Positions 1 to 12,760 of a DNA stretch of 30,617 bases are shown in pieces (the first letter of the stretch is position 1; every line of letters starts with the position of its first letter). The notes under the pieces were generated by a model. It was not told the origin of the DNA and made no database searches. It was given only the letters and a program-made list of their open reading frames with translations. This stretch comes from Octopus sinensis. Taxonomy: Eukaryota. The stretch spans positions 1-30,617 of the forward strand of contig NW_021832441.1 of assembly GCF_006345805.1 (NCBI RefSeq). The letters run 5' to 3'. The translations under genes were made by a program, and so were the position numbers.

Positions 1-75
1 GCTTCAGTTCTTTGGGGATGCCAAAGGGCATCGTGTTTATTGATTCTCTTAAAAATGGCAACGAAGCAGTTACAA
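1..75 (+). pseudogene. Frameshifted mariner transposase relic, running off the window start
   Basis: Joining three frames gives ASV-F(G/W)DAK-GIVFIDSLKNG, matching the mariner catalytic-domain motif ASVFWDAKGIxxIDYLxKG; two frameshifts. Confidence 0.55.
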
Positions 76-102
76 AAGACCATCAAAAACCAAACGACCT
101 GG

Positions 103-133
<31 letters not shown>

Positions 134-339
134 CATACATATATATGCATACACACACATGCTCTCTCTCTTTTTCTCCTTCACACACACACATGTCACG
201 TGATCGACCAGACTATCGGATGTTGTTATACCTCGCTGATCACAATGCACGTCGTATCGTTTTTTAGCTTTTGAATTATGTCACCCTGCTTGTAAGGTAG
301 GCTGGCCAACATTCCCCCTAATCGGAAGGGTGGCCATTA

Positions 340-471
340 TTAGCTGAGTGGACTGGGCAGCGTGAAACAAAGTTTTCTGCTCAAGATCAAACCTGAAGCC
401 TGTCAGGGAATCGAAACCGCGAATTCACAATCGTGGGTGCAGAACGCTTAGCCACTAGACCACGCGCCTTC
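340..471 (-). mobile_element. tRNA-derived SINE, 5' part
   Basis: Minus strand has A-box TGGTCTAGTGG and B-box-like GGTTTCGATTCC, then ...cttgagcagaaaact...ccagtccactcagc, the same body as the SINE at 22320-22441. Confidence 0.7.
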
Positions 472-788
472 TTTGCGTCCCCGAGCTGCTCGTTCGAGTG
501 GTTCAATAGATTGGTATTCTCCGTATATAAGGTGGTAGTTCTCGAACGTAACGCCAGAAACTCGTTCATAGGCCTTGGTCATCAGATAATAGATGACAGA
601 GTTGAAGAGGTCGGACCCCGCCGTTGATGAGGAATCAGTCAGAATCCCCTCTCCCGTTCACCCGCACGCAACCCTCGACACTGCTATAGATCAGCTGGAG
701 GAGCGCCAATGAGCTTGAAAATTTTCCAGAGGGATGCGTGGTCGACCGTATCGAATGCCACCTTGTGAGCGACGAAGGCGTTGTAGAG

Positions 789-865
789 GCGGCGATCTTT
801 GCAGAAAATCGATCTACTGCCGACCATATTTTTGCCATTCCCCGTATTATTGAAAGATGCAGAAC
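789..865 (+). pseudogene. Non-LTR retrotransposon RT fragment
   Basis: AAIFAENRSTADHIFAIPRIIERCR resembles the LINE RT motif QxGFRxxRSTxDHIFxLRxIIEKCRE; flanks are not recognisable. Confidence 0.5.
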
Positions 866-925
866 AGCCGTGAAAGCAGCAGAAAGATTGGATATTTTGC
901 TCTTACAAAACGGAAAAACGTTGCC

Positions 926-1005
926 GGCAGACGGCTATGGGATTCGAACCTGTACCCTTCAGATACCAGCTGAGTACTCAACCATTAAGCTAAACAATTA
1001 CCGTC
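926..1005 (-). pseudogene. tRNA-like sequence (Thr-GGT-like loop): tRNA pseudogene or orphan SINE head
   Basis: Minus strand: GACGG..TAGCTTAATGGTTGAGT, anticodon arm TCAG-CTGGTAT-CTGA, GGTTCGAATCC, ..CCGTC. The T-stem is mismatched and there is an insertion after the acceptor strand. Confidence 0.5.
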
Positions 1006-1063
1006 AAATTAAACGCTAAATAATAATATTCTTTGGAATGCGACAATATTTTAGGTATGTAAA

Positions 1064-1498
1064 GGCGGTGAGCTGGCAGAAACGTTAGGACGCCGGGCGA
1101 AATACTTAGCAGTATTTCGTCTGTCGTTACGTTCTGAGTTCAAATTCCGCCGAGGTCGACTTTGCCTTTCATCCTTTCGGGGTCGATAAATTAAGTACCA
1201 GTTACGCACTGGGGTCGATATAATCGACTTAATCCGTTTTTCTGTCCTTGTTTGTCTCCTCTGCGTTTAGCCCCTTGTGGGTAGTAAAGAAATAGGTATT
1301 TCGTCTGCCGCTACGTTCTGAGTTCAAATTCCGCCGAGGTCGACTTTGCCTTTCATCATTTCATGATCGATAAATTAAGTACCAGTTACGCACTGAGGTC
1401 GATATAATCGACTTAATCCGTTTGTCTGTCCTTGTTTGTCCCCTCTGTATTTAGCCCCTTGTGGGTAGTAAAGAAATAGGTATTTCGTTTGCCGTTAC
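1064..1498 (+). mobile_element. tRNA-derived SINE with two tandem 184-bp body units and the start of a third
   Basis: Head ggcggtgagctggcagaa; gtatttcgt recurs at 1112, 1296 and 1480 (period 184). Same family as the monomer at 22903-23140. Confidence 0.85.
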
Positions 1499-2009
1499 TA
1501 ATTTTATTGAAAATAGAAACTTCACGTATACTAGGAGTTTCTCGTTTCCGACTTTCATGCGATAATGTAGAAGGGAGCATGAGGTAAATGTTACAAAAAA
1601 ACAACCGATGATATGGAAATATTTGAATATCTAGACAAAATATTATTGATTTGTTATGAAATCGTTGTACACGAAATACCAATGAAATATGAACTATAAA
1701 CAAAAATCAGAAAAGAATATAAGAACAAATGGATGGGTGATGGATGGAGTTTGTTGGCGAAAGATAATAAAAGACAAGGAAGGAGGAAGAGAAGAATAGG
1801 GAAAGAAGAATTGGTGGGAAAATGTCTGTGTTACATCAGAACACGTGAAACTAAACGAGGGACAAAGGAAGACAATGAAGGAATATAAAACGGAAATCGG
1901 ATAAAGAAACGGAAAGATATTGAATAGAACAAAGAGAAGAGAATTCATTCAGATCAGAAGACAATAAGGGTGGTGGCAAGGGGGGGGGAGGGTTTATGTT
2001 TTACTTGGG

Positions 2010-2170
2010 TCAGTCATTGGAAATGCGGCCATGCTGCAGCACCACCTTCAACGCTTCAGTCGAACAAATCGATTCCAGTCCTTACTGTTTCTTTTTTTTG
2101 TCTGGGGTTTATTCTATCGGGTCACTTTGCCGAACCACTTGGTTGCAGTGACGTAGACAGGCACACCAAC
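2010..2170 (-). mobile_element. Degenerate SINE 3' part
   Basis: cagtcatt..gcggccatgctg..gcaccacc..gtcgaacaaatcga..ttattctatcgg..tttgccgaacc; related fragments at about 9580-9635 and 11580-11630. Confidence 0.5.
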
Positions 2171-2196
2171 ACACGCGTGCGCGCTCATATGCATAC

Positions 2197-2231
<35 letters not shown>

Positions 2232-2955
2232 TGCATACATACATGCATACATACATATATATATATATAAAAGTATATATATGCATATATCCATTTCTAT
2301 GTAAGTTTATCTTTATCTTTTTGATGCGACTCTATCTTATACTGCTTTCTCTCTCATCTTTTCTCTAATTCCCCTTTGCCCCCTCTTCACGTTTTCTATC
2401 TGTCTGTCTGTCTATCTGTCTGTCTATCTATCTCTCTCTCCCTCTTTCTCCGTTTCTCTCTCTCGTTGCTCACACGTGACCATCGTCCAGCTTTCTCTTC
2501 CTCACGCTGATCATTTTTCTTTTTTTCTCGATTGTCGTAAGGACAGCACATATCCTATCTCTCTCTTATATCTTCTCCCTTTTCAAAGAAAATATTTCTC
2601 CAGTTTTCGCTATTTTGCCCTCGTTCAGGTCAAACGACCCTCCATGTTTTTATTTTCGTTCGGTTTCCTTGTTCGTCTCCACTGTCCTGTTTTTTGTTCC
2701 CAACTTTGACCCTCCATAAATCCCAAATTTTATTTTGGCACGTAAGAGAGCAACTGTCTTCGAAAACTCATTTTGTCGTTCAATGCTCGAAATGAGGAGC
2801 AGATAGACAGTCGACAACTGACGAAAAGTCATTTTTTAATGTTACTTGTCTTGTTTTCCGTTTATCTCTCTCGTTGTTTGCGTATTGAACTCATTTGCTT
2901 CCGTATATATACATATATATGTATATATTATATATGTATACACTCACACACACAC

Positions 2956-2998
<43 letters not shown>

Positions 2999-3339
2999 GC
3001 GCCATTTATAAGAAAGATGCAGGTGAATAATTCCAAGGTAGCTGATTGCGCTTGCGTGTGATTTGATTCCGGGATAAGGAAGACGCATTTAGGAGAAATT
3101 GAAAAAGGAATAAACGCTCAGGATGTTATTGAAACATTTGTATTTTCAAGATATAAATGTTTTCATAGTATTTCCTTTTTCAATTCTTCCTATATATATA
3201 TATATATATTATTATATTTACATATAAGAGACCAAAGTGTACGTACGCCGCTATATTTTTATATATAAAAAAATACAAAAATGGGACAAGAACGCAAAAC
3301 ATCCAGTATATATATATATATATTTAATAATATATCTAT

Positions 3340-4641
3340 ATACTTTATACTTTGATAGGTTTCAACCAGTATTGGCCCAGGTCATATCTAACTTAATTGC
3401 ACCATCTGGTGAAGTCATTCTAATCAGGAATCAGACGACATGGCCCACTCAGGTAGAGAGTTATTGTCTACGTAGGCATATCCGGTGTTAGAGGTTCATC
3501 TGGGATTTTTTGAAGGAATTTGTCCAAAGACTTCTTGAACTTTATGGGGTCTGTTTCTGCTTTAATGTGTTTTGGTGTAATGTTAAAGAGAACGGGGCCA
3601 ATTGAGATGAAGTAATTTTGCTGTATTGTTATTAAGAGTTGAGAGTGTGATTTATGTTGTAGACACATAGCTTGGGTGTATCTTAAATGTGATGCCAACA
3701 TCATTTGGGCAATGATGATGGAATATTTTCCTCATCATGCGCTGATGATGTAGCACTCACGGTGGCGTTGGAGAGCATACAGTTTGAGCTTTTTTAGTTG
3801 ACCACAATAGTCAAGGCCTGTCATGCTTTTTGTACTTAACCTTTGAGGAGCTTCAACTTTCATGATACTTTGTTTCGTGTGGGGAGACCGCATTGGACAA
3901 CAGTATTGAAGGTGGGGTCGGACAAAAGTCGAGAAGGGTAATGGTGTGGAATCCAGGAACACGTTCTGTGAGCCATGTCAACTTTGCTGTTTATTTGTGC
4001 AGCCCAGCTTATGTTGCTGTCCACAATTACTCTCAAGTCTCTGATGTTGTTGGATGCCATAAGAGTTTCACTTGAAGGAAGAGAGTAGGGGAGTTTCAGG
4101 ATATCCTCTTTTCCGAAGTGGATTAACTCAAATTTGTCCTCGTTCAGCAGCATATTATTCTTCTCCGCGCATTGGATGACAACCAGTAGATCTGACAGAA
4201 GGTATGTCCGGTCACCCACTTCATTGATGACTTTCTGGAGCTTGGAATCATTAGCAAAGATTCTTATGTTGCTGTGTTTGATGATATCAGTAATATCATT
4301 GATGTAGATGATGAAAAGAAGTGGGCCCCAACGCAGTGCCTTGTGGAACACCACTACTGATTTTGGCTGGGCTTGATTTTGCTCCTTCGACTACAACGTG
4401 CTGGGTTCTGTCTGTCAGGAAAGACTTGATCCATTGTAGTAACTTTCCAGAGACACCAATGCTGGATAGTTTTTTTCAAAAGAATCTTATGATCAACCCT
4501 GTAAAAGATGTTGATGAAATCATGGGAGAGAACTTCTACCCAAAACTCTCCCAAACTCTCAAAATGCCATCAAAGTATTGCAGGAGCTGTGTTAGGCAGT
4601 TCCTTCCATTAGGGGACCCATGTTGGTTGGGGTTCTCTAGG
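3340..4641 (-). mobile_element. 5'-truncated CR1-like LINE: RT domain, C-terminus and 3' tail, with frameshifts
   Basis: Successive frames give NPNQHG..GRNCLTQLLQYFD, RVDHKILLKK, GPLLFIIYINDI..IFANDSKL, DLRVIVDSNISW, VRPHLQYCCP, GPVLFNITPKHIK..FKKSLDKFL..IPDEP. It ends in a short (t/c)aaagtata repeat tail at about 3340-3357. Confidence 0.9.
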
Positions 4642-5004
4642 CTAATAATAATAATGATAATCGTTATGTTTATCAACGGTTTGTAATTTTGGTTGAAATG
4701 TACCATCGAAATATCACAGAGACGTTGCTGTAATCATAAGCTGAAAGCAGCGGAAGGAACAATTTCTAAGGGTATGGGAACGTGACTATCGTTTGTAATT
4801 TACGCGTGCGAGACATTTCAAAGACTTATTTGAGTCAGGCCGTTCCTGAGAGAATAGAAGAGAAAAGAATGAATACGGAAACTTCACGAGACAGCTTTTT
4901 TAATTGTTAGTTCAATAAAAACTGCAACATTTCCCTTATTTCTTTGTTCGTTTCTCTCTTTCTCTCTTTTTGTTCTTACTTCTTTTTGTATATGCACACC
5001 TGTA

Positions 5005-5311
5005 TACACACATACATACATACATACATACATACATACATACATACATACATGCATACATACATACATACATACGTACATACATACAACATGCATACAT
5101 ACATACATACATACATACATACATACATGCATACATGCATACATACATACATACATATATGCATACATACATACATACATATATGCATACATACATACAT
5201 ACATATATGCATACATACATACATACATACATACATGCATACATACATACATACATACATACATGCATACATACATACATACATACATACATACATACAT
5301 GCATACATATA

Positions 5312-5347
<36 letters not shown>

Positions 5348-5429
5348 CATGCATGCATACATATACACATACATGCATACATACATACATACATACATAC
5401 ATGCATGCATACATACATACATACATACA

Positions 5430-5461
<32 letters not shown>

Positions 5462-5724
5462 CATACATACATACATACATACATACATAAATACATACAT
5501 ACATACATGCATACATACATGCATACATGCATACATACATACATACATAGACATACATACATACATACATACTAAATACATAATACTACATACATACATA
5601 CATACATACATACATACATACATACATACATACATAAATAACTACATATATATACAGCATACATACATACATACATACATACATACATACATACATACAT
5701 ACAATAAATACATACATACATACA

Positions 5725-5760
<36 letters not shown>

Positions 5761-5872
5761 CATGCATACATACATACATACATACATACATACATACATA
5801 CATACATACATACATCATACATACATACATACATACATACATACATACATCACACATACATACATACTACAT

Positions 5873-5904
<32 letters not shown>

Positions 5905-6052
5905 CATACATACATACATACATACATACATAAATACATACATACATACATGCATACATACATGCATACATGCATACATACATACATACATATATATACA
6001 TACATACATACATACATACATAAATACATACATACATACATACATACATACA

Positions 6053-6088
<36 letters not shown>

Positions 6089-6149
6089 CATGCATACATA
6101 CATACATACATACATACATACATACATACATAATACATACATACATACA

Positions 6150-6185
<36 letters not shown>

Positions 6186-6705
6186 CTGCATACATACATA
6201 CATACATACATACATACATACATACATACATACATTCATACATACATACATACATCATACATACATACATACACACATACATACATACATACATACATAC
6301 ATACATACATACACACACACACATACATACATACATACATACATACATACATACATACACACATACAACATACATACATACATACATACATGCATCATAC
6401 ATACATACATACATACATACATACATACATACATACATACATGCATACATACATACATACATACATACATACATGCATACATACTACTACATACATACAT
6501 ACACCATACATACATACATGCATACATACATACATACATACATACATACATACATACATACATACATGCATACATACATACATACATACATACATACATA
6601 CATACATGCATACATACATTCATACACACATACATACATACATACATACATACATACATACATACATACATACATACACACGCACACACACACACATACA
6701 TACAT

Positions 6706-6736
<31 letters not shown>

Positions 6737-7399
6737 TACATACATACATACATACATACATACATACATACATACATGCATACATACATACATACATACA
6801 TACATGCATACATACATACATACATACATACATACATACACACATACATTCATACATGCATACATACATACATACATACATACATACATACATGCATACA
6901 TACATACATGCATACATACATACATACATACATACATACATACATACATGCATACATACATACATAACACACCACACATCATACATACATACATACATAC
7001 ACACACACATACATACATACACATACATACATACATACTACATACATACATGCATACATACATGCATACATACATACATACAAACCCACATACATACATA
7101 CACATACATACATACACACAACACACCTACTACATACATACATACATACATACATACATCCATACATACATACATACATACATACATAAATACATACATA
7201 CATACTTACATACATACATACATACATACATGCATACATGCATACATACATACATAGATACATACATACACACACACATACATACATACATACATACACA
7301 CATACATACATACATGCATACATACATACATACATACATACATACATACACACACATACATACATACATACATACATACATAAATACATACATACATAC

Positions 7400-7430
<31 letters not shown>

Positions 7431-7441
7431 CTTACATACAT

Positions 7442-7472
<31 letters not shown>

Positions 7473-8529
7473 TACATACATACATACATACATACATACA
7501 TGCATACATGCATACATACATACATACATACATACATACATGCATACATGCATACATACATACATACATACATACACACATACACACACACATACATACA
7601 TACATACATACATAAATACATACATACTTACATACATACATACATACATACATACATCCATACATACATACATACATACATACATAAATACATACATACA
7701 TACTTACATACATACATACATACATACATGCATACATGCATACATACATACATAGATACATACATACACACACACATACATACATACATACATACACACA
7801 TACATACATACATGCATACATACATACATACATACATACATACATACATACACACACACATACATACATACATACATACATAAATACATACATACATACT
7901 TACATACATACATACATACATACATACTTACATACATACATACATACATACATACACACACACACATACATACATACATACATACATACATACATACATG
8001 CATACATGCATACATACATACATACATACATACATACATACATACATACATCTACATCCATACATACATACATACATACATACATACATAAATACATACA
8101 TACATACTTACATACATACATACATACATACATGCATACATGCATACATACATACATAGATACATACATACACACACACACCAACATACATACATACACC
8201 ATACATACATACATACATTCATACATACACATACATACATACATACATACCACACACATACATACATACATACATACATAAATACATACTACATACTTAC
8301 ATACATACATACATACATATACTACTTACATACATACATACATACATACATACACACACACACATACATACATACATACATACATACATACATGCATACA
8401 TGCATACATACATACATACATACATACATACATGCATACATGCATACATACATACATACATACATACATACACACATACACACACACACAGACATACATA
8501 CATACATACATAAATACATACATACATAC

Positions 8530-8560
<31 letters not shown>

Positions 8561-8766
8561 CATACATACATACATAAATACATACATACATGCTTACATA
8601 CATACATACATAAATACATACATACATACTTACATACATACATACATATATACATACATACATACATACATACATACATACACACATACACACACATACA
8701 TACACACATACATACATACATACATAAATACATACACACATACATACATACATACATACATGCATA
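5005..8766. repeat. About 3.8-kb degenerate (CATA)n satellite with internal block duplications
   Basis: Continuous CATA units with CATG, TAAA, CTTA, TAGA and CACA variants; source of all the HTYI and MYVC ORFs. Confidence 0.98.
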
Positions 8767-8769
8767 TGC

Positions 8770-9007
8770 CTCCTGGAGATCCACATAAGATTTTGTTAAA
8801 TTTTATGCACAATAAATTAGAAATGCTTCTAGAATACACAAAATACACAAAAATATTTTAACAATTTTTTTAATACAATTTCTAATAATATTTAATTAAA
8901 AATCGATAATATGATTTTGTTTTTAAACATCAACAAGCTGTGAGGGCCAGCATGAGTAAAGCAAGCATCGAGGAGATCCACAGGCAAAAATTTGTTGAGA
9001 GTCACTG
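8770..9007. mobile_element. Solo right end of a hAT (Charlie-like) element
   Basis: Ends in ggagatccacaggcaaaaatttgttgagagtcactg, whose reverse complement CAGTGACTCTCAAC resembles a Charlie-type TIR; no matching left end found. Confidence 0.4.
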
Positions 9008-9090
9008 ATTTCATGCATTCGAATCTTGGAATAACAGGAAAAGATTATTGCTTAAATTATAGCTTCTAGAGCAACTTGGAGCCATTAGAG

Positions 9091-9309
9091 CAGTGCTTTT
9101 CAAACTTTTTGCTGGAGCGGAACCCCAAGGAAACATTCCACTGGCTCGAGGAACCCCTGTGCAATAATTTAATAGTCTTATGCACATATATCTGCACACG
9201 AGAATTAAAAATTACTGTCGATTTTAGCAGTTTTGTAACTTCCTGCGGGACCCCTGGACTGTACTGGTGGAACCCTAAGGTTCCGCGGAACCCTGGTTGA
9301 AAACCACTG
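9091..9309. mobile_element. hAT (Charlie-type) MITE, 219 bp
   Basis: TIRs CAGTGCTTTTCAA and TTGAAAACCACTG; perfect 8-bp TSD CATTAGAG at 9083-9090 and 9310-9317. Confidence 0.92.
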
Positions 9310-9525
9310 CATTAGAGCCATGTTTGTTGGATGCCACACACTGGGAAATGGTTTACTTTATATCGACTGCAAATTTATTTAAACTCAGAACCCTTGAAAC
9401 AATCAAGTCTACCTTGGAGAAAATGTCGAAAATTGCCATTTCTGATTGCTTGGAAGGAAGTATGATGAGCTGGCAGAAAGTATTTTTGCAGTTCTCTTCT
9501 CGGTTCATCCAAGATACAGGCCGAT

Positions 9526-9582
<57 letters not shown>

Positions 9583-9654
9583 TATGTTTTCCAGTTTCAG
9601 CTCCTTGAGGTGTGGCCATGCTGGGGAACCACCATTAATATATATATATATAAC

Positions 9655-9865
9655 GGGAAAGTTTACGAAAATAAAGAAAAGACGAAGGCAGGTGGAGTAC
9701 AAACAAACAAATGTATTAGTATAGCGCTCAGGAATAGAAATAGAAATAGTCTTTTACGTTTCGAGCCTACGCTCTTCGATAGAAAGATACACAGAAAAAA
9801 AAAACAAGGAGAGAAGCAAGGAGAGAAAAAAATGCGTGTAGGAGCTAACGATCTATCATGGCGTA
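9655..9865 (-). mobile_element. Short non-coding Penelope-like terminal element with minimal HHR-like motif, copy 1
   Basis: Shares gtatta..cgctcagga..gtttcgagc..gctcttc with the copies at 10465-10646 and 29685-29895, and the catggcg end with the 10465-10646 copy; adjacent to (TA)n. Confidence 0.55.
9750..9787 (-). ncRNA. Minimal type I hammerhead-like motif, degenerate core
   Basis: TCTTT-CTATCGA-A-GAGC-GTAG-GCTC-GAAA-CG-TA-AAAGA: stem I 5 bp, stem II 4 bp, palindromic ACGT stem III; core deviates from CUGANGA at G5 and A6. Confidence 0.45.
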
Positions 9866-10048
9866 GACAAGAATATTATTGACAGAAGCTTCGAAGTCAC
9901 TGTCAATAATATTTTTGTTTAAGAATAATAAACTTGTACACTACTAAAATATGGAGTAACCCATCAAATTTATGTAGAATTGTTTACATTATAACTGAAC
10001 ATAAAACCGAAAATTAATCTATCTATCTGTCTGTCTGAGTGTCTATCA

Positions 10049-10099
<51 letters not shown>

Positions 10100-10161
10100 C
10101 ACACACACACATATGTATATATGTATGTGTATGTATGTATGTATAGATATATAAATATATA

Positions 10162-10377
10162 CGAGAAGGTGCTAGAAAGTTCCTTGTTTGGGGTAAAAGA
10201 AAATTGAGGAGGATCAGTTAATTATGATTTTATTGAATATATTCCCCTCTCAGATTCACACACTTACTGCAGCGGTCCTTTACTTTTTGCAAGCCCTGTA
10301 AAAGAACTCGGTAGGTGGGGCCTCCAGCTAGGCCTTTCGAGACTCCCTTAAAGCAATGAACTCTTCAGCAGCCCTCA
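10162..10377. mobile_element. Tc1/mariner MITE, 216 bp
   Basis: Degenerate TIRs CGAGAAGGTGCTAGAAAGTTCCTTGTTT versus (reverse complement) TGAGGGCTGCTGAAGAGTTCATTGCTTT, with TA on both sides. Confidence 0.72.
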
Positions 10378-10464
10378 TATTTATATATACGTGTATATGT
10401 ACATATGGATCTATATATATACATATATATATCTACATACATGTATATGTATATTGTTGAAATT

Positions 10465-10646
10465 TACAGAAAAACCAAACACGAAGACAGGAGTATGGAC
10501 AACAAGAAGTTGTATTAGTTTGACGCTCAGGAAAGTGAGAAAGTCTTTTATGTTTCGAGCCTATGCTCTTCAACAGAAAGGAATAAGAGAAAATTAGCTG
10601 AGAAAGAATAAAAACAGGTTGTGGACTTAGCGATTAATCATGGCGA
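10465..10646 (-). mobile_element. Short Penelope-like terminal element with minimal HHR-like motif, copy 2
   Basis: Homologous to 9655-9865; motif CTTT-CTGTTGA-A-GAGC-ATAG-GCTC-GAAA-CA-TA-AAAG at 10545-10580(-). Confidence 0.55.
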
Positions 10647-11630
10647 AACATATATGCATATACATACATACATAAATACATATATATGTGTGTGTATGCG
10701 TACTCAGACACACGCACATATACATGTGTGTGTGTGTATGTGTACACCAACAAACACACACGTCGAAAAAGGAGAAAGAGAGAGAAATAAAAAAAGAAGA
10801 ACAAAAGGTTGACCCCATGGACGCAGACTGCATTGAAGCGGTCTAACAGGGAACGTGGGGGAAATGGTTGCTCAACCAGACCAGACTGGAGCATTTCTTT
10901 TTTGCTTTTTTTGTACTAGGCTCAAGGTCGGCAGCATTGAAATGCTTGAATCTTAGGATGCTAAGGAATACGATTAACCTTCACTTAACATTCAGGTACA
11001 CATTCAAATAATACACGTATTTACATAAAGTCACACACAAATATACGTAGACACACGAGCACACACACACGCATACACACACACGCATTCACACACACGC
11101 ATACACACACACGCATACACACAATCACGCATACACACACATGCACGCATACATCAAAGAGATATCTATGCGCTCATACACGCATACATGCGCCCCCATT
11201 CTCGCGCACACATACCTACATGAATATCTTAGCATGAGTAGAAGGCATCCTTATTTACATATGTATACAACACGTACAGGTAAGTACAGGTAAGTATATT
11301 TAATACTTACAGCTGCTTTCATGCATTATAAATTATTCAGGATATAGAACACCTCCAGGGTATCACACAGTGCGTTCACACAGACTCGGACGTCTCAAAG
11401 CCTACTTTCAACATCTTAAGACACAAGACAGGAAAATATTTGACTTCTGAATACTAAACGGTTGTTATAGATTCTATAATTGTTGCCTCTGCTACTGTTG
11501 TTTTGTTGTTGCTGTTGTTGTAACCCCCAGGACGGTTGGAGTCGGCTTGAAAAAAGGCCTATGTTTCATGTTTTAATCTTTTGTTTGTTTCAATCATTAG
11601 ACAGCGGTCACGTTGCTACGCCATCTTGAA

Positions 11631-12010
11631 GGTTCTCAACCGTATTTTATTTCTAGACTCCTCTGATTAATATTTCACTCTGGTGGGCCCCTATCACCAA
11701 TTGATATTTAAAAACTAGTTTTTTTACAAACCCCTTTAAAAATCCCTATTTTGTTTTTCACTCATTAACTAATGTCAGTTGAATTATGTAAAATGTTAGA
11801 GAAAGAAACCCAGCTATTTCTTGCAATACATACCAATACATACATCCGAAGCAGGGGTTTTCAACCATTCTTTTTACCTATAGATCCTTTCGATTACTAC
11901 TCTATTCTGGCAGACCCCCATTCTCATTCGATGTCTAAAAACTAGTTTTTTACAAACTTCTTTCAAAATTCTTATTTTGCTTTTCTCACATTAACTTGTG
12001 TCAGTTGTCC
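11631..12010. mobile_element. Two diverged tandem fragments of a hAT-like element end (offset about 225 bp)
   Basis: ggtt(c/t)tcaacc at 11631 and 11856, aaaactagttttt..acaaac at 11711 and 11938; CAGGGGTTTTCAACC TIR-like start at 11852. Confidence 0.4.
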
Positions 12011-12050
12011 GGCGTGTAACGTTGCCTTAAACCAGATTAAAGTGGAGGTG

Positions 12051-12215
12051 CTAGTCGATTGTATCGACCCCCGTGCTCATAGGTGCAAATTTATCGACTC
12101 TGAAGGGACAAAAAGCATTGTTGACACCGGAGGGGTTTGAACTAAGAACGTAATGAATCGGAAGAAATGTAGCTAAACATTTTGTCCGACGGGCTAATAA
12201 TTCAGCCATTATTAT
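12051..12215 (-). mobile_element. Degenerate SINE of the ggcagaa family
   Basis: gtcgattgtatcgacccc..tttgaactaagaacgta..aaacattttgtcc aligns to the family monomer. Confidence 0.55.
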
Positions 12216-12229
12216 TATTTCTTTATTGT

Positions 12230-12446
12230 CCACAAGGAGCTAAACATGGAGGGAACAAACAATGACAGACAAAGGGATTAAGTTGAATACGTCGACCTCA
12301 GTGCGTAACTAGTACTTACTTAATTGACCCTGAAAGGATGAAAGGCAAAGTCGACTTCGTAGGGATTTGAACGCAGAACGTAGCGACGGACGAAATACCT
12401 CTAAGCATTTCGTCCAGCGCACTAACCATTCTGCCAGCTCGCCGCC

Positions 12447-12447
<1 letters not shown>
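12230..12447 (-). mobile_element. Full-length monomeric SINE of the ggcagaa family
   Basis: Reverse complement begins aaggcggcgagctggcagaatggttagt and runs to the body tail; homologous to 22903-23140. Confidence 0.8.
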
Positions 12448-12485
<38 letters not shown>

Positions 12486-12668
12486 TAATAATAATAATAA
12501 TAATGTGATGTTTATCTTGATATGAGATCACCATGTCGTGCACATATGGTTGTGATGCATGTGCCTGGTGTACCTTTATCAGACGGGTAGTCATGATGGG
12601 TATACTGGGCTTCGTATAATTTACCCCTGTGTCACTTTGATGGCATGCACTGCTCTCTCTCTCTCAAT

Positions 12669-12758
<90 letters not shown>

Positions 12759-12760
12759 CA
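12448..12760. repeat. (TAA)n and (GAT)n tracts flanking a 150-bp unique segment, possibly a LINE 3' end with an (AAT)n tail
   Basis: (TAA)n at about 12448-12503 and 12666-12721, (GAT)n at about 12724-12758. The LINE 3' end reading rests only on the tail and on recall. Confidence 0.5.

Noticed and set aside
4884-8848. Dozens of long ORFs (up to 597 aa) of HTYI or MYVC repeats
   Set aside because: They are translations of the (CATA)n satellite, which lacks stop codons in most frames.
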